The notes beneath the pieces were generated by a model. It was not told the DNA's origin. It was given only the letters and a program-made list of their open reading frames with translations, and did no database searches. This document shows, one piece after another, positions 29,268 through 44,723 of a stretch of 64,000 nt of DNA. Numbering within the stretch: position 1 is the first letter of the stretch; the number at the start of each line of letters is the position of its first letter. Made by a program: the position numbers and the translations under genes. The stretch is from Saccostrea cucullata (lineage: Eukaryota), in the NCBI RefSeq assembly GCF_032062105.1, contig NW_026927928.1:62001-126000 (forward strand), read 5' to 3'.

Positions 29268-31367
29268 CCCGTACGAAAGTTGGAGGCGGAATGGGCACGG
29301 CTTGGGCACGGCTAAGACACGGAATCCGCACGGGTTTTTAAAAAGCCGCACGGGTTCTGCATGTCCAAGACACGAACACGGCTTCCGTGTCTGAAAGTTA
29401 GGAATCATCACTCACAGAAACCCGTGTGGAGGCACGAAATCCGTGTCCCAGGGAGACGGTTTTTAACTTAGGCGGGTTTTGCTTCAAACTATTTATTTAT
29501 ATCTCATGGCTTTTTACTGAGCATGCTCAATCATAACTTCCTTTATTTGAATATTAAATTGGAGGGATTCATGGTCATGAGCTAAGTCAATGTGTCTTTT
29601 TGCTCTATTTAAAGGATATTTAACTAATAGATGTCAGTTGGAATTGTATTTATGTCAGTCTGGGATAATTTCTTCACTTTTGAACTAAATGCAGTAAGTG
29701 TAATCTAGAATAAATAAGTCAATTTTTCAATTTTCATGATCTTCCTGTATTGCGATGTTGACAATGAACATGATGAAATAGTTTAGGTTTATTTGAATGA
29801 CTTAATGACTTTATGGGCTTTCACTAATCCTTTATAGTATATATTTTATGTGACATCACTGTGCTAGTGAAAGTTTTATTTAAACTAAATTCTTTCTCAG
29901 ATTGTGAAAACTTATAGCTACTAGATTAAATTACAATTGAATATTGTACATTATCATTAAAATCTTAATTAAAAACTAGCATGGATTGTAACTGATAGAG
30001 TTAATCTTTAACAGAAAGTAAATGGACACATTCATCTAACACTCCAGTCCAATACGAAAATTCGTAATATTACAAAAAAAAGTATTACGAGAAAGCGTAA
30101 TATTACAAGTTATCGTAATATAAAACTTATATTACAATTTTTCGTAATGTAGTTAAATTACGAATACGCGTAATATAGCAGATTGTAGAGACTATATTAC
30201 GAGTTTTCGTAATCCAAGACAAGTTCAAGCATTGCAAGAAATTGAGTGGCGGATAGCAAAGTATGACGTTTAATACGAGATGTCACGGGCGATAACTTGT
30301 ACGACTCTTACTAAGATTTGAATTCTGTGTATTTCAATAAGAATTGCACAAAAGTTGTATTATGCGATGAGGGTGTAATTTTTAGGGTAGACTTCGGAAG
30401 AAAAGTAGGGAGTTCGGGTGATATAGACCAATGCGACATGCTTAAGGGAATATTGAAATTTACTGGAAAATTGGTCTTATCCTTGGGAAAATTCCTATAA
30501 AAGAATAATAAAAGAAATTGTCCACTCACCCATCGCTGGCGGTACTTTCTTCTTGAATTTCCATGCTTTCTGATAGGCGTAACTGACCAAACTGACCGCG
30601 TGTTATCAGTAGCCATGGAATCTGATATATTACTGACGTCATACTTTGCTACCCACCACTCAATTTCTTGCAATGCTTGAATTTGTCTTGGATTACGAAA
30701 ACTCGTAATATAGTCTCTTACAATCTGCTATATTATGCGTATTCGTAATTTAACTACATTACGAAAAATTATAATATAAATTTTATATTACGAAAACTTG
30801 TAACATTATGATCTTTCGTAATCTTACGTTTTTTCGTAATATTACGAATTTTCGTATTGGACTGGACTGTCTAAGAGTTTTAACTTTTGAAATTCTAAAA
30901 CTATAAGCATTAATGTAAAGCAATGTGAAGTTAGTTTGGTTTCAGTAACCATTTTGGCATCCACAGTTACATCAAGAGATTCTCTAAAGGCCATGACCTA
31001 GATCTAGACAAATGCACAGATCCCGTGACTCCTTATATGGTATAAGGCACGGCTTTTTTGACACGGGTTTCCAAAAAACCGTGTCTCCATATATGGAAAA
31101 GGACACGGGTTTCAGACACGGGTTTACAGAATCCGTGAGTCCATATATGGAAACTAGCACGGCTTTCTGACACGGGTTTTGTAAAACCGTGTGATCTCAT
31201 TTAAATATTTCGGCCAATATCCCGTGCCGTGTCCGTGCCTCGACCACTTTTAGGCACGGCTTTCCATACATACTTTACATAGGAGCACGGAATGCTAAAG
31301 CACGGGTTTCTGGAGACGGAATCCGTGCCTGAGCCGTGTCTAAGCCGCCCGGACTGTTTCGTACGGG
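29268..31367. mobile_element. Non-autonomous CACTA/EnSpm-like element
   Basis: TIR CCCGTACGAAA / TTTCGTACGGG with many subterminal CACGG/CCGTG repeats at both ends; TSD unclear. Confidence 0.6.
30040..30869. mobile_element. Long-TIR MITE with 5-bp TSD (Transib-like), nested in the previous element
   Basis: ~230-bp TIRs (30040-30270 / 30637-30869) starting CACTCCAGTCC; TCTAA on both sides. Confidence 0.75.
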
Positions 31368-32659
31368 AATGATCATATATTGAAAATGTATAGTCTTTCA
31401 AAAATGTTCATTTTTAGCAGAAAAAATATTTGTATGGTTGGGATGTGGTGTCCAAAATTGTAAAATTTGTAGCCCCAGTGTGAGGAGTTGATTATTTAGT
31501 GAAAATTAACTACCGTTTTTCTCTGGATTTCAAGGGGAAAAGTGTATTGTTGTGAAGCAATAGTGTACCTCTTCTAAAACACTTTGAATGCCTTTGCTTC
31601 GGGGTCAAGGGTTCTGGTGGGGCTATATTGATTATATGTGAATTGAAAAATTTTAATGGATACTACTGTGAGATGTCATTCTCTAGTCATCCTTAATTTC
31701 ATGTACTTACATTTCCATTCGGGTCCTTTGCAAACTCTCAACATATATTTCAATTTAAGAATTAAGCTTTCATCTGATTTACAAAATAGTTTCCCTGACT
31801 TTATAGGTACAGCTGTATGTAGGATGACGTAGAATGGTGGAAACATATTAATTAATGTTGAGGAAAGAATTGGGTGTTTAAAAAAAACAATGTACACATC
31901 TTTTAACTAAAGATGTACAGTTAAACAAGGTTACAACAAACAACCTTACAGCAAAATCATGCTTGCTGCGAATTGACTTTTCTAAAACGTTTAAAAAAAA
32001 TTTTCTGATAGAACGTCAGTAACGTTTAATTGTATTTTTTCGTCACCGGCACTTCGCAATAACTGTGATACTCATTTTATGTGTTAAAATACACGACGAC
32101 AAAATTTCCCATGCATTTAGCTGACATATATGAATATATCTTTCAACTTGTACCATAAATATTTTTTTTTTAAACTATAAACATGTAGAAAAACTATGTA
32201 AAACCCTTTCAATGACATTAAAAGCTAAACAACTAACTCAAAAAAATCCACCTTCCAAGTCTCTCTTCCTCGCTGTTTCTCTTATAATGTACCCAATATA
32301 CCGGTAAGTAATGTTCTTCTAACTACCGACAGAATTTAACAAGTAAAAATCTTGTAAGAAAACATGACATCAAAAATATAGGAAAACAAACATTCCTTCA
32401 TATATAAAAATAGATAGCACAGACTGATACTAACAATGCTATAATTCTTTCTTTCTCACTCACTCCCTCGCTCTGTGGTTAAAAAAAATAATCGAGAATT
32501 TTCCCTTGTAAACAGGTATAAGTACTTGAAATTGTATTACGGTAAGTACGGAATAAATTTACTTAAAACTGATATGTAGTCAAGACAAAATAACTTTTTT
32601 GAAGTTTTAAGTCAAAGTAACTCAATCCAAAGTCTCAAATTGCTTCTAAACTGTCTGCC

Positions 32660-36547
<3,888 letters not shown>

Positions 36548-38482
36548 CTAAAGAAAAAAAGTTTCATTTGAAATCCAAAATGTCCGCGTATGAAAAGCAA
36601 TGCAAAATTATGAAGTGATGTGCATTTTTTTTCAATATACACTGTATATTTTTCTCGATGGTTGGAAATACTAGACTGCAGCTCTCATAATTTATATAAA
36701 TTGACATTTTACTCTGTATTATAGCTATGTTTTTATCTTTGAGATGCTAAAAAATGTGTATGTTAATGTTTATAAATATGCATGCACTATCATATGATCA
36801 TCTAAATCCTGTATTCTCAGGAAATCATATTTTATCTCAAAGCATTCAAAGAAAAAGAGTTTTCAACATTTAATATATCCCTTCTATACACACTTTCAGT
36901 AAATATACACCATTGAATTCTAATGAGGGGTGGTGATTAGCTAGCAGTTTTTGGGCATCACTAGTGTTAAACATATATATTTTTACACGATCATGTAAAA
37001 CACATAAAATTTAAAAGTGCACAAATGTATATGGTGTTATTGAAACACATGTTAAAAATATGTTTCACATGATTGTGTTTAACATGTGTAAAAATAAACA
37101 CACGGTGTATTTATACACATGAAAATATGTTAAACATATGTTTTATATATGTTATACTTTAAAAGGATCAATAAGCACCACATTCACACATTTGGGTTTT
37201 GTGGAAAAAGTTTATTTTTGCGTGGTCTCTGTGTCTTCTGTCCATTTTTTACAAAAGTGAATTCGTTTCTTTGAATCAAAATAACAAAAATAACGTTTCA
37301 AAATCATGGAGAGAAGACCCAGAGATAGAAAATTTTAGAAAACCGTGTTTAAAAATGTACCATTTTTGTACCAAATGTCTTATCTGGCAAATCATCAAGT
37401 TATATTTTAGCAAATCAAAGCTCAATTTCGGGAAAATATTTTCCTTTTCCGTTGCACAGGAACCCGATTAATAGCTTTAAAAATGTTAAAATTTTATGTG
37501 ACATGTCGATTAAACTTTTACTTTTCAATTACGCCACGATTTCTGCTGAATGCCAATCAAAGCGCCCACGTTCTTTTCACTTTTTATCTGTCGCATTATG
37601 AGCACTTCGCCCGTCTTATCCACCCATCATCTTATTGAGGCACATCTCGTCGGTTCCTACGGGCCTGAAGGGTTGAGATTAGAATTTCAAACTTCCACTA
37701 TAATTAATCCCAGTCGAAAAAAGCTTTTTCTCTGTTTTCTACTTGAGAATCATGGAGAGTGGGAATGATCATACCATGCATAGATCTAGAGGGCTTGCAG
37801 AGGTATGTATGTACTCTTACTTGGACCCCCCTCCCCTTCCCAGAGAAAACGCGGTTTCCTCCTCCGAGACAGATCTACATGTATTTGAAATTGGTATGAA
37901 AAGTCATAAGTATGAGGCTTTAAAAGTCAAAGCTAAAGCTTAATCCCCCCCCCGACCCCCCACACTCACGAAAGTTTTTTTTTTAAATGGGAAATGAGTG
38001 AACGTTAGTTTTTGTTTGTTTGTTTTATTTTTTTAATCAAGAAATTGGTCCCCAGTCAAAAAAATCCTGGATACCCGCCTGCATAATCATACATATTGAT
38101 CAGAGATATAAAAATATATAAATGATATTGATAGACAATTTAACATAACTATCGAGCCCTGATTTATTGACTGATTTTCTAACTCATGTTAATCCGGTGC
38201 CAATATTTCAATTTCATGTACTAGTATATTGAACCCTCACTTCCACAACTTACAATGCCAACGTTTTTATTTTTTTCTTTGCTTGAAGTGGCTGTTTTAG
38301 ATGATCCAGACATGTTGTAATACAACACAAGCCAATCTAAAACAACAACAAAAAAATATATAAATGTTTATTCACCATGCAATCAAGGGCCCGGGAGGGG
38401 GGGGGGGGCATGAACAAATTATTACAATATGATTACATTGTATGATCGAAGGGTTACCCGAATTAATATCTAATGTAATAAG

Positions 38483-38613
38483 CATAGGCACTCCCCGTCT
38501 AAATTGTTAAAAAAATTAATTTATCTACTATGCTTCAAACAAAATAAGTTTTGTTTATAGTATACATGTAGTAGAATATATTTTTTTAACAATTAAGATG
38601 GGAAGTGCCTATG
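38483..38613. repeat. Small palindromic MITE-like element
   Basis: CATAGGCACTCCCCGTCTAAATTGTTAAAAAAA ... TTTTTTTAACAATTAAGATGGGAAGTGCCTATG. Confidence 0.6.
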
Positions 38614-39059
38614 GTAATAATTTATGGAAATATTATATTTCTTGTTCATTATATTAATAGAGTTTTTTTTTTCAAACACACAAACCTACATGCATGAAGC
38701 CAGGGAACTTGTCTGCCTTGGTTTTTATCACCCCATCAGGAAAAACAATTTCTCTACATATTTGTATATAATATAGTCTTATTCATAGGCGCTCCCAATC
38801 TACTTCTGTAGTTCTGTAAATGACGAAAGATGGGTAGGCCTATAAATATACACTGTATATATGCAATTTCACTACATTATTTAAAAATTAGGACATTGAA
38901 TGAGTTGAATTTCATGATAAATGATAAAAGCAAGAATAATTCAGCATGACAGGGTAGGTTAAGCTAAGTATTGGACTTTGATAAGAAAAATACAGAATTT
39001 TCATCAGAAAGTGATTCGTTAACGGATACGATTCGTTATTTCACTGTACCTTAATTTGT

Positions 39060-39435
39060 AGTCTGAACTGTTACCAATCAATTATCTTGTTAAACATAAT
39101 TGGTCTCCATTATAATATCATTGCAGAAGTAACTGTATCAATTGCTTTATATAGCCCCAAAACTTGTAGAACTTTGAGTACAAAGTCTCTCAAGGAGACG
39201 TAATTTGATGAGTGGATTTTACATACATTATTTTAAGAAGAGTTCAAAGTTGTATATCATCACTGCACCAACATGACCAAGGTGCGCTTTTTTGTACATA
39301 CTGAGAAAATTACACCTTAGAGAAAAAAAGTGTAGTAAAATAGCTAAATTAAGCTATACCGAATAGCTTAATAAAGCTATATACATGTAGCTATTTAAAG
39401 GTATATAGCTAAATCAAGAGATTGTACTGGACCTG
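39060..39435 (-). mobile_element. Partial inverted copy of the MITE at 40383-42174
   Basis: Reverse complement aligns with ~40383-40740 and ends in the TIR AATCAAGAGATTGTACTGGACCTG. Confidence 0.75.
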
Positions 39436-39571
39436 GTCTATTTGATTGAATTCGTCATACTAGTATTTGCCATACGTACGCAAGCTCTGTAGCTATAATC
39501 ATAATTTTATCTCCAAATAGTTTGATTATAGACAAAAATGCCATTCATAATTAACATGATTAATGCTCAAA

Positions 39572-40090
39572 TTACCTTCAAAGACTAAAGCATTTGCCTT
39601 GTCGTCAAGGAAGAGTAAAATAAAGACAAACCGAAAGTTGGAAAAGTTGGGAATTCCTTGAAATCAGCAAAGGGAGAACATCGTCGGAAACTTTTCAACT
39701 TAATTAAAAAATGGATTTGATTGAAGCGTTTAATTATGTCTAAATTATTTATTGAATACAGTACATATTGCATTTCAATATGTCAGTGATTGTTAATGAA
39801 CATCATTGATATTATACATATTTTTAGGTTCTCGATAATTGATCGGGTTCGGGGATGACCAAAACGAAAGTAGATTTAGATTTGTGTTTTTGTTAAAAAT
39901 GACTGTATTACTTTTAGTGTATAGAAGCATAAATGTGCATGTGACATCCAAACGCGAGCCAAACAAACAAAGAAAATGATGATTTCCTGTCCATAGACCT
40001 AATTAACTTCTTTGTTTATAGCGACTTCAAAAGTATACGACAAAGTTCTTGATGAAGTAGGCTGATACTAAGGTACATTAATTGGTATAG
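39572..40090. promoter_or_regulatory. Candidate bidirectional immune-inducible promoter
   Basis: CAAACCGAAAGT (39627-38), GGGAATTCC (39649-57), TTCCTTGAA (39654-62) and CAAAACGAAAGT (39860-71). Flanked by a minus-strand donor (AG|GTAAT at 39576) and a candidate plus-strand donor (AAG|GTAC ~40072), between divergent genes. Confidence 0.55.
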
Positions 40091-41032
40091 GTATCGTAGT
40101 GTTTTAATTTCTTCTTTATTTTGTTGTTCAATTGTAAAAGTTTTACAATAGGTGTTTGAAACTACCTAAATGACCACATTGTACAATGAAATATTGTTCG
40201 TAACTACATGTATGCGTTATCGATATATCTAAAAAGTTTTGTGTGTCAAGGTCTATTTTAAACACATCTTATCAGATCTTTAAAAGGGAAAAACACCATC
40301 TTACTCCCCCTAATACTTTGCAGCAGTCACACCATTGCATGCAAATAGCCATATCTGAATGTGAACATTACAGTCAGTTCATCAGGTCCGGCACAATCTC
40401 TTGATTAAGCTATATAGCTTGATTTAGCTATATAGCTTTATTAAGCTATTCAGAATAGCTTGATTAAGCTATTTTGTCAGACTTTTTTCTCAAATGCGTT
40501 ATTTTTTCAACATGTGCAAAAAGTCGCACCTTGGTGCAGTGGAAATATTAAACTTTGTTTTCTTCTGAATACAATGCATGTAAAAATCACTCACCAAATT
40601 GCGTCTCCTTGAGAGACTTTGTACTCAAAGTTTTAAAAGTTTTGGGGCTATTGATGAGTGACCACACTGTTATTTCTTGAATGAAATTATAAAGGAGGCC
40701 AGTTATGGCCAACAGGATAATTGATTAGTAACAGTTCAGCACAATGAGAAGCAATCATACTTACCCACGCCTCACAACACACACAGTTACTCAAACAATG
40801 GAAAGTCATATTTTGCTTAAAAGTATTCAACAGCAGCAATGTTAGAACTTTCTGTGATTTAGGTTGTATTTTTGATAGTCCATAGTACATATATGAAGAG
40901 TCAAATATTTGCGACTTTTTGTTTATATCTTTCAAAAAACGTTTTTGTGAAAAATTGCATATAAATAGCTTTATCAAGCTATTTTGAATAGCTTAATAAA
41001 GCTATATAGCTTTTTAAAGCTATATAGCTTAA

Positions 41033-42149
41033 GGCCATATAAAATTAATCTTTAGATTCTCATCCCCGCCCGCCCCTCTCAAAGTGTCCCGCCCCGATGT
41101 TTTTTATTTTGATTTTTGGGTGTTAATAAAGGTATTTTCGTGTATTTTTATTCAGCAAGAATATGGGTCAAAGTTTAAAGGTTATCTCCCGTCTGCATTA
41201 AAAGTCATGTGTCGCTATTTATAGCAAAAGAGCCATGTGAAGAATGGAGAAAAATCGGCAGTAAAAGCAATTTAAATATGTAAGGAAAAGATCATTTGTC
41301 AGTATAGAGAAGGCAGAGAAGAAAAAATAGCATAAACACATCTAGATACCATCACTGGCATGAGCAAGTATTTAGATTGACTGATTGTATACTGTTTAAG
41401 TCCCTCTCCAGAATATTTCACTGATATGGAGAGACTCACCATTGCCGGTGAAGGGCTGCAAATTTAGGCCTATGCTCGGCACTTACGGAGTTTGAGCAGG
41501 GAGGGATCTTTATCGTGCCACACCTGCTGTGACACGGGGCCTCGGTTTATACGGTCTCATCCGAAGGACCGCCTCATTTAGTCGCCTTTCACGACAAGCA
41601 AGGGGTTACTGAGGACCTATTCTAACCCGGATCCCCACGGGTGCAAGTATTTAGAGAGATTGTAACTAAGTAAAAATAGACGAGGAAAATGACACCTGGT
41701 CAAGTTAAATACAAAATGTATAACGATCTCCAGCTGTGTGTGATTTTGCTTTTAAAAAAAACCAACAACATCGTAGACAGACTTTAAAGAAGGCCTAGAT
41801 TTTTCAGTAGATAATTATTAGAACATATTTTGCAAAATAAGAAGTCACACATACACAATTTATTGGTATCCCCACCTCATTTGTTCAGGGTGTGCCGTAT
41901 AATGTGTACTTGATAATTTGTTACTTAACGATAAATATTTCATATTTTCTTTAAATATTTAAAAGAATATGAAAAGAATTAAATCTATTCATATTTGCAA
42001 TAACATAATGAAAAAATTTGTATGAGGCGTCCATGTTTTGCTGATACGTATAATTTAACAATTATAAAAAATAAAAAATAAAATCCGCCCACCCACCCCC
42101 ATTTTTTAGCAAATTAGGATGAGAATCTAAAGATTAATTTTACCTGGCC
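41033..42149. mobile_element. Harbinger-like MITE (TAA TSD)
   Basis: TIR GGCCATATAAAATTAATCTTTAGATTCTCATCC / GGATGAGAATCTAAAGATTAATTTTACCTGGCC. Confidence 0.7.
41377..41642 (-). mobile_element. Bivalve SINE-type retroposon
   Basis: 13-bp TSD GCAAGTATTTAGA (41364-76, 41643-55), CAAT-like tail, body GACACGGGGCCTCGGTTT...GGTCTCATCCGAAGGACC. Confidence 0.8.
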
Positions 42150-42362
42150 TAATCAAGAGATTGTGCTGGACCTGTTCATTTACTTTGCTTACAAGGACCG
42201 GAGAATAAAAGAATTGATGAGTGCTCTATCATTCCAAGAATATCATCGAAGCATTATAAGAATTCAAACTATTGTATAAAATGTGGAGGAAACTTTCCAG
42301 TTTTTTTTTATTGTAGTTAACGATGTAGTTGTAATTGTAGTTGATGAAGTAGTTGTATTAGA

Positions 42363-44519
42363 ATGGAGAGAAAAGAAGAAAACATGGATGTGGATGGTCC
42401 TGTTCTTCGTAAACAAGGTAAATAAAATTTTAACAAAACCCAGGGCTCTATAAACACCACCTTTTGAACCGCTGTCCTAAGACATCCCTTCTAACGTGTA
42501 TTATACAATTATTGCATGATAGTGAGGGAGACATGAAGATTTCTTCGCCCATGAAAAATCATATTCCCCGAGGGCAATGCCTGAGGGGAATATGATTTTT
42601 TCATGGGCGAAGAAATCTTCATGTCTCCCGAACATTCATGCAATAATTATGTTATTATACCAAATCAAGCACAATGCAGAAGATATTAAAGAGAATCCAA
42701 TAAATAAAGTTAACATTTGATGAGAACAAAATGAAATACCAATAGGTGTAAGTCACACCACTAGCGTTTCATAAAAAAAAAAAACCCTTCGTGACAAGTC
42801 ATTCTGATTTACACACTGCAGTGTAGTTACATTCATTACCCACTCATGGAAACACTTTTTCTAACTATTTATACTTTAAGATTTTATATCGACATAATTA
42901 TTCAAAGATTTAAACAATCGAATTCATTATACTAGTAAATCATCGCATTCGCCGCATTGTGACATCACAATCGGGGAACACTACGTGAAAGACGTTCTGT
43001 ACACCTCAGTTGATTACATTTAGATGTAGGATAGCGTAGTCAGGCAAGGTGAACCGAATGCCGGAAACACGAAGTTTTTTTTTGCAGGGCAAACACGACG
43101 GTCACAAGACTGCTTCAGCCAATCAGATTCCTCTTTACTTGTGTTTATTTATATGAGGTATAATAATGTAATTTGTTATAGCCTTCATGTCCATCCGTCT
43201 GTCTGTTAGCTTTTTGTGTCCGGTGTCGAATAATTTACATTCCGGATATATTATGTTCCAACCGGAACCTTAGAATTATGATATTGGTTCCGGCTTTTAC
43301 TGTAAGTTAGGTTCCGGCTATGGCTACTGTTCACTGTAGGTAAAAGGGGTTCGAAGACTTATCAATGCTATTCATATAAATAGTAAAATACAGATCTGTG
43401 TCTTTAATACAGTTCTTCTTCTGTGTTATTTTTACAAATCTTAATACAAATGTATTTGTACTTACGTGCATAAATAAAATCTTGTTGAATTTTATTCAAT
43501 AGTTTTTAGCGGTGTCTATATTTGATCATATTTTGTCAACATAATTAACATTGAAATAAAAAAAAAAACTTCACCTGATGAGGAAAAATAACCAACAAAC
43601 AGGAACACCTTTTCTTCAAAATGCTTATAAATTAATTCCCTTTTTAGATCCATCTCCTATTATGTTCTTTTATGTAAATTCATTAATATAGTTGGTTTTA
43701 CAAGAACGCAACTATGGGTGCAAGGTAATTAAAATATTACCCAATAAGTTTTTTATCATAAATATAAATGATCTATCACCATTATCATCTGATCAGGGTG
43801 GTCATGTTTGCTTACGGCGATTCGCATGACTGCGAAATTATTTGTATCGATAGAACCAAAGGCAAGCTAGGGTGTCGTAAAACAGCATGATGGGGCATAT
43901 CAATGGAAACAAGTTTCCCACTTTCTTTTGTTTACAAAGAATCAAAATTATCAGCTGGAATTTCATGAATTAATATAATATTCAAATCAAATGGATTAAT
44001 ATAATATTCAAATCAAAGACATCAATAAATATGAATGTCTCTGTTAAAAAGACCACATATTCTGACATAAAATGTAAACATATGTATGTCTTACGCCGGT
44101 TTAAATCCTGCTGTATCATATACGAAGGTATTAGAGAAAGAAGAAAATTAAAATTAATAGGCAATATTAATTACATGTATAAATAAAGAGTTTAATACGG
44201 TGCCTGCATGCCCAGAACGTTTATTATGGCCGGAACAAAACTTATGTTGAGTGGAACATTTATTATGGCCTGGAATCAATATTATAGGTAACTATTTAAG
44301 TTCCGGCCAGAACGCTAAGTTACCCGGAACGTTTATTATGTGACACCGGCTCATAACTTGCATACTATCAGGTCAAGAATTATCAAACTTTGTCAATTGA
44401 TACATCTTGGGTAGAAGGGGTGTCATACATTAAAACAAGGTCACTTTGACCTTTAATTAAGATGGAGATGTCCTGTCCTCAAGATCTGTGATCAAATAGG
44501 TGTTTCATAAATCTTTTTA

Positions 44520-44563
<44 letters not shown>

Positions 44564-44595
44564 ATTTTGTCGGGCGTCCGTCTGTCTGTCTAGCT

Positions 44596-44657
<62 letters not shown>

Positions 44658-44677
44658 CAACAAACTTGCCACAAAGT

Positions 44678-44723
<46 letters not shown>

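Larger units (their letters stand above)
40383..42174. mobile_element. MITE with AGCTATATAGCT repeats and 5-bp TSD, hosting two nested insertions
   Basis: TIR CAGGTCCGGCACAATCTCTTGATT / AATCAAGAGATTGTGCTGGACCTG; TTCAT on both sides. Confidence 0.75.

Noticed and set aside
38690-38813. Candidate first coding exon of paralogue 3 (...FMH|RTIEEE)
   Set aside because: The donor is phase-compatible, but there are upstream stops and overlap with a small repeat; not supportable without RNA data.
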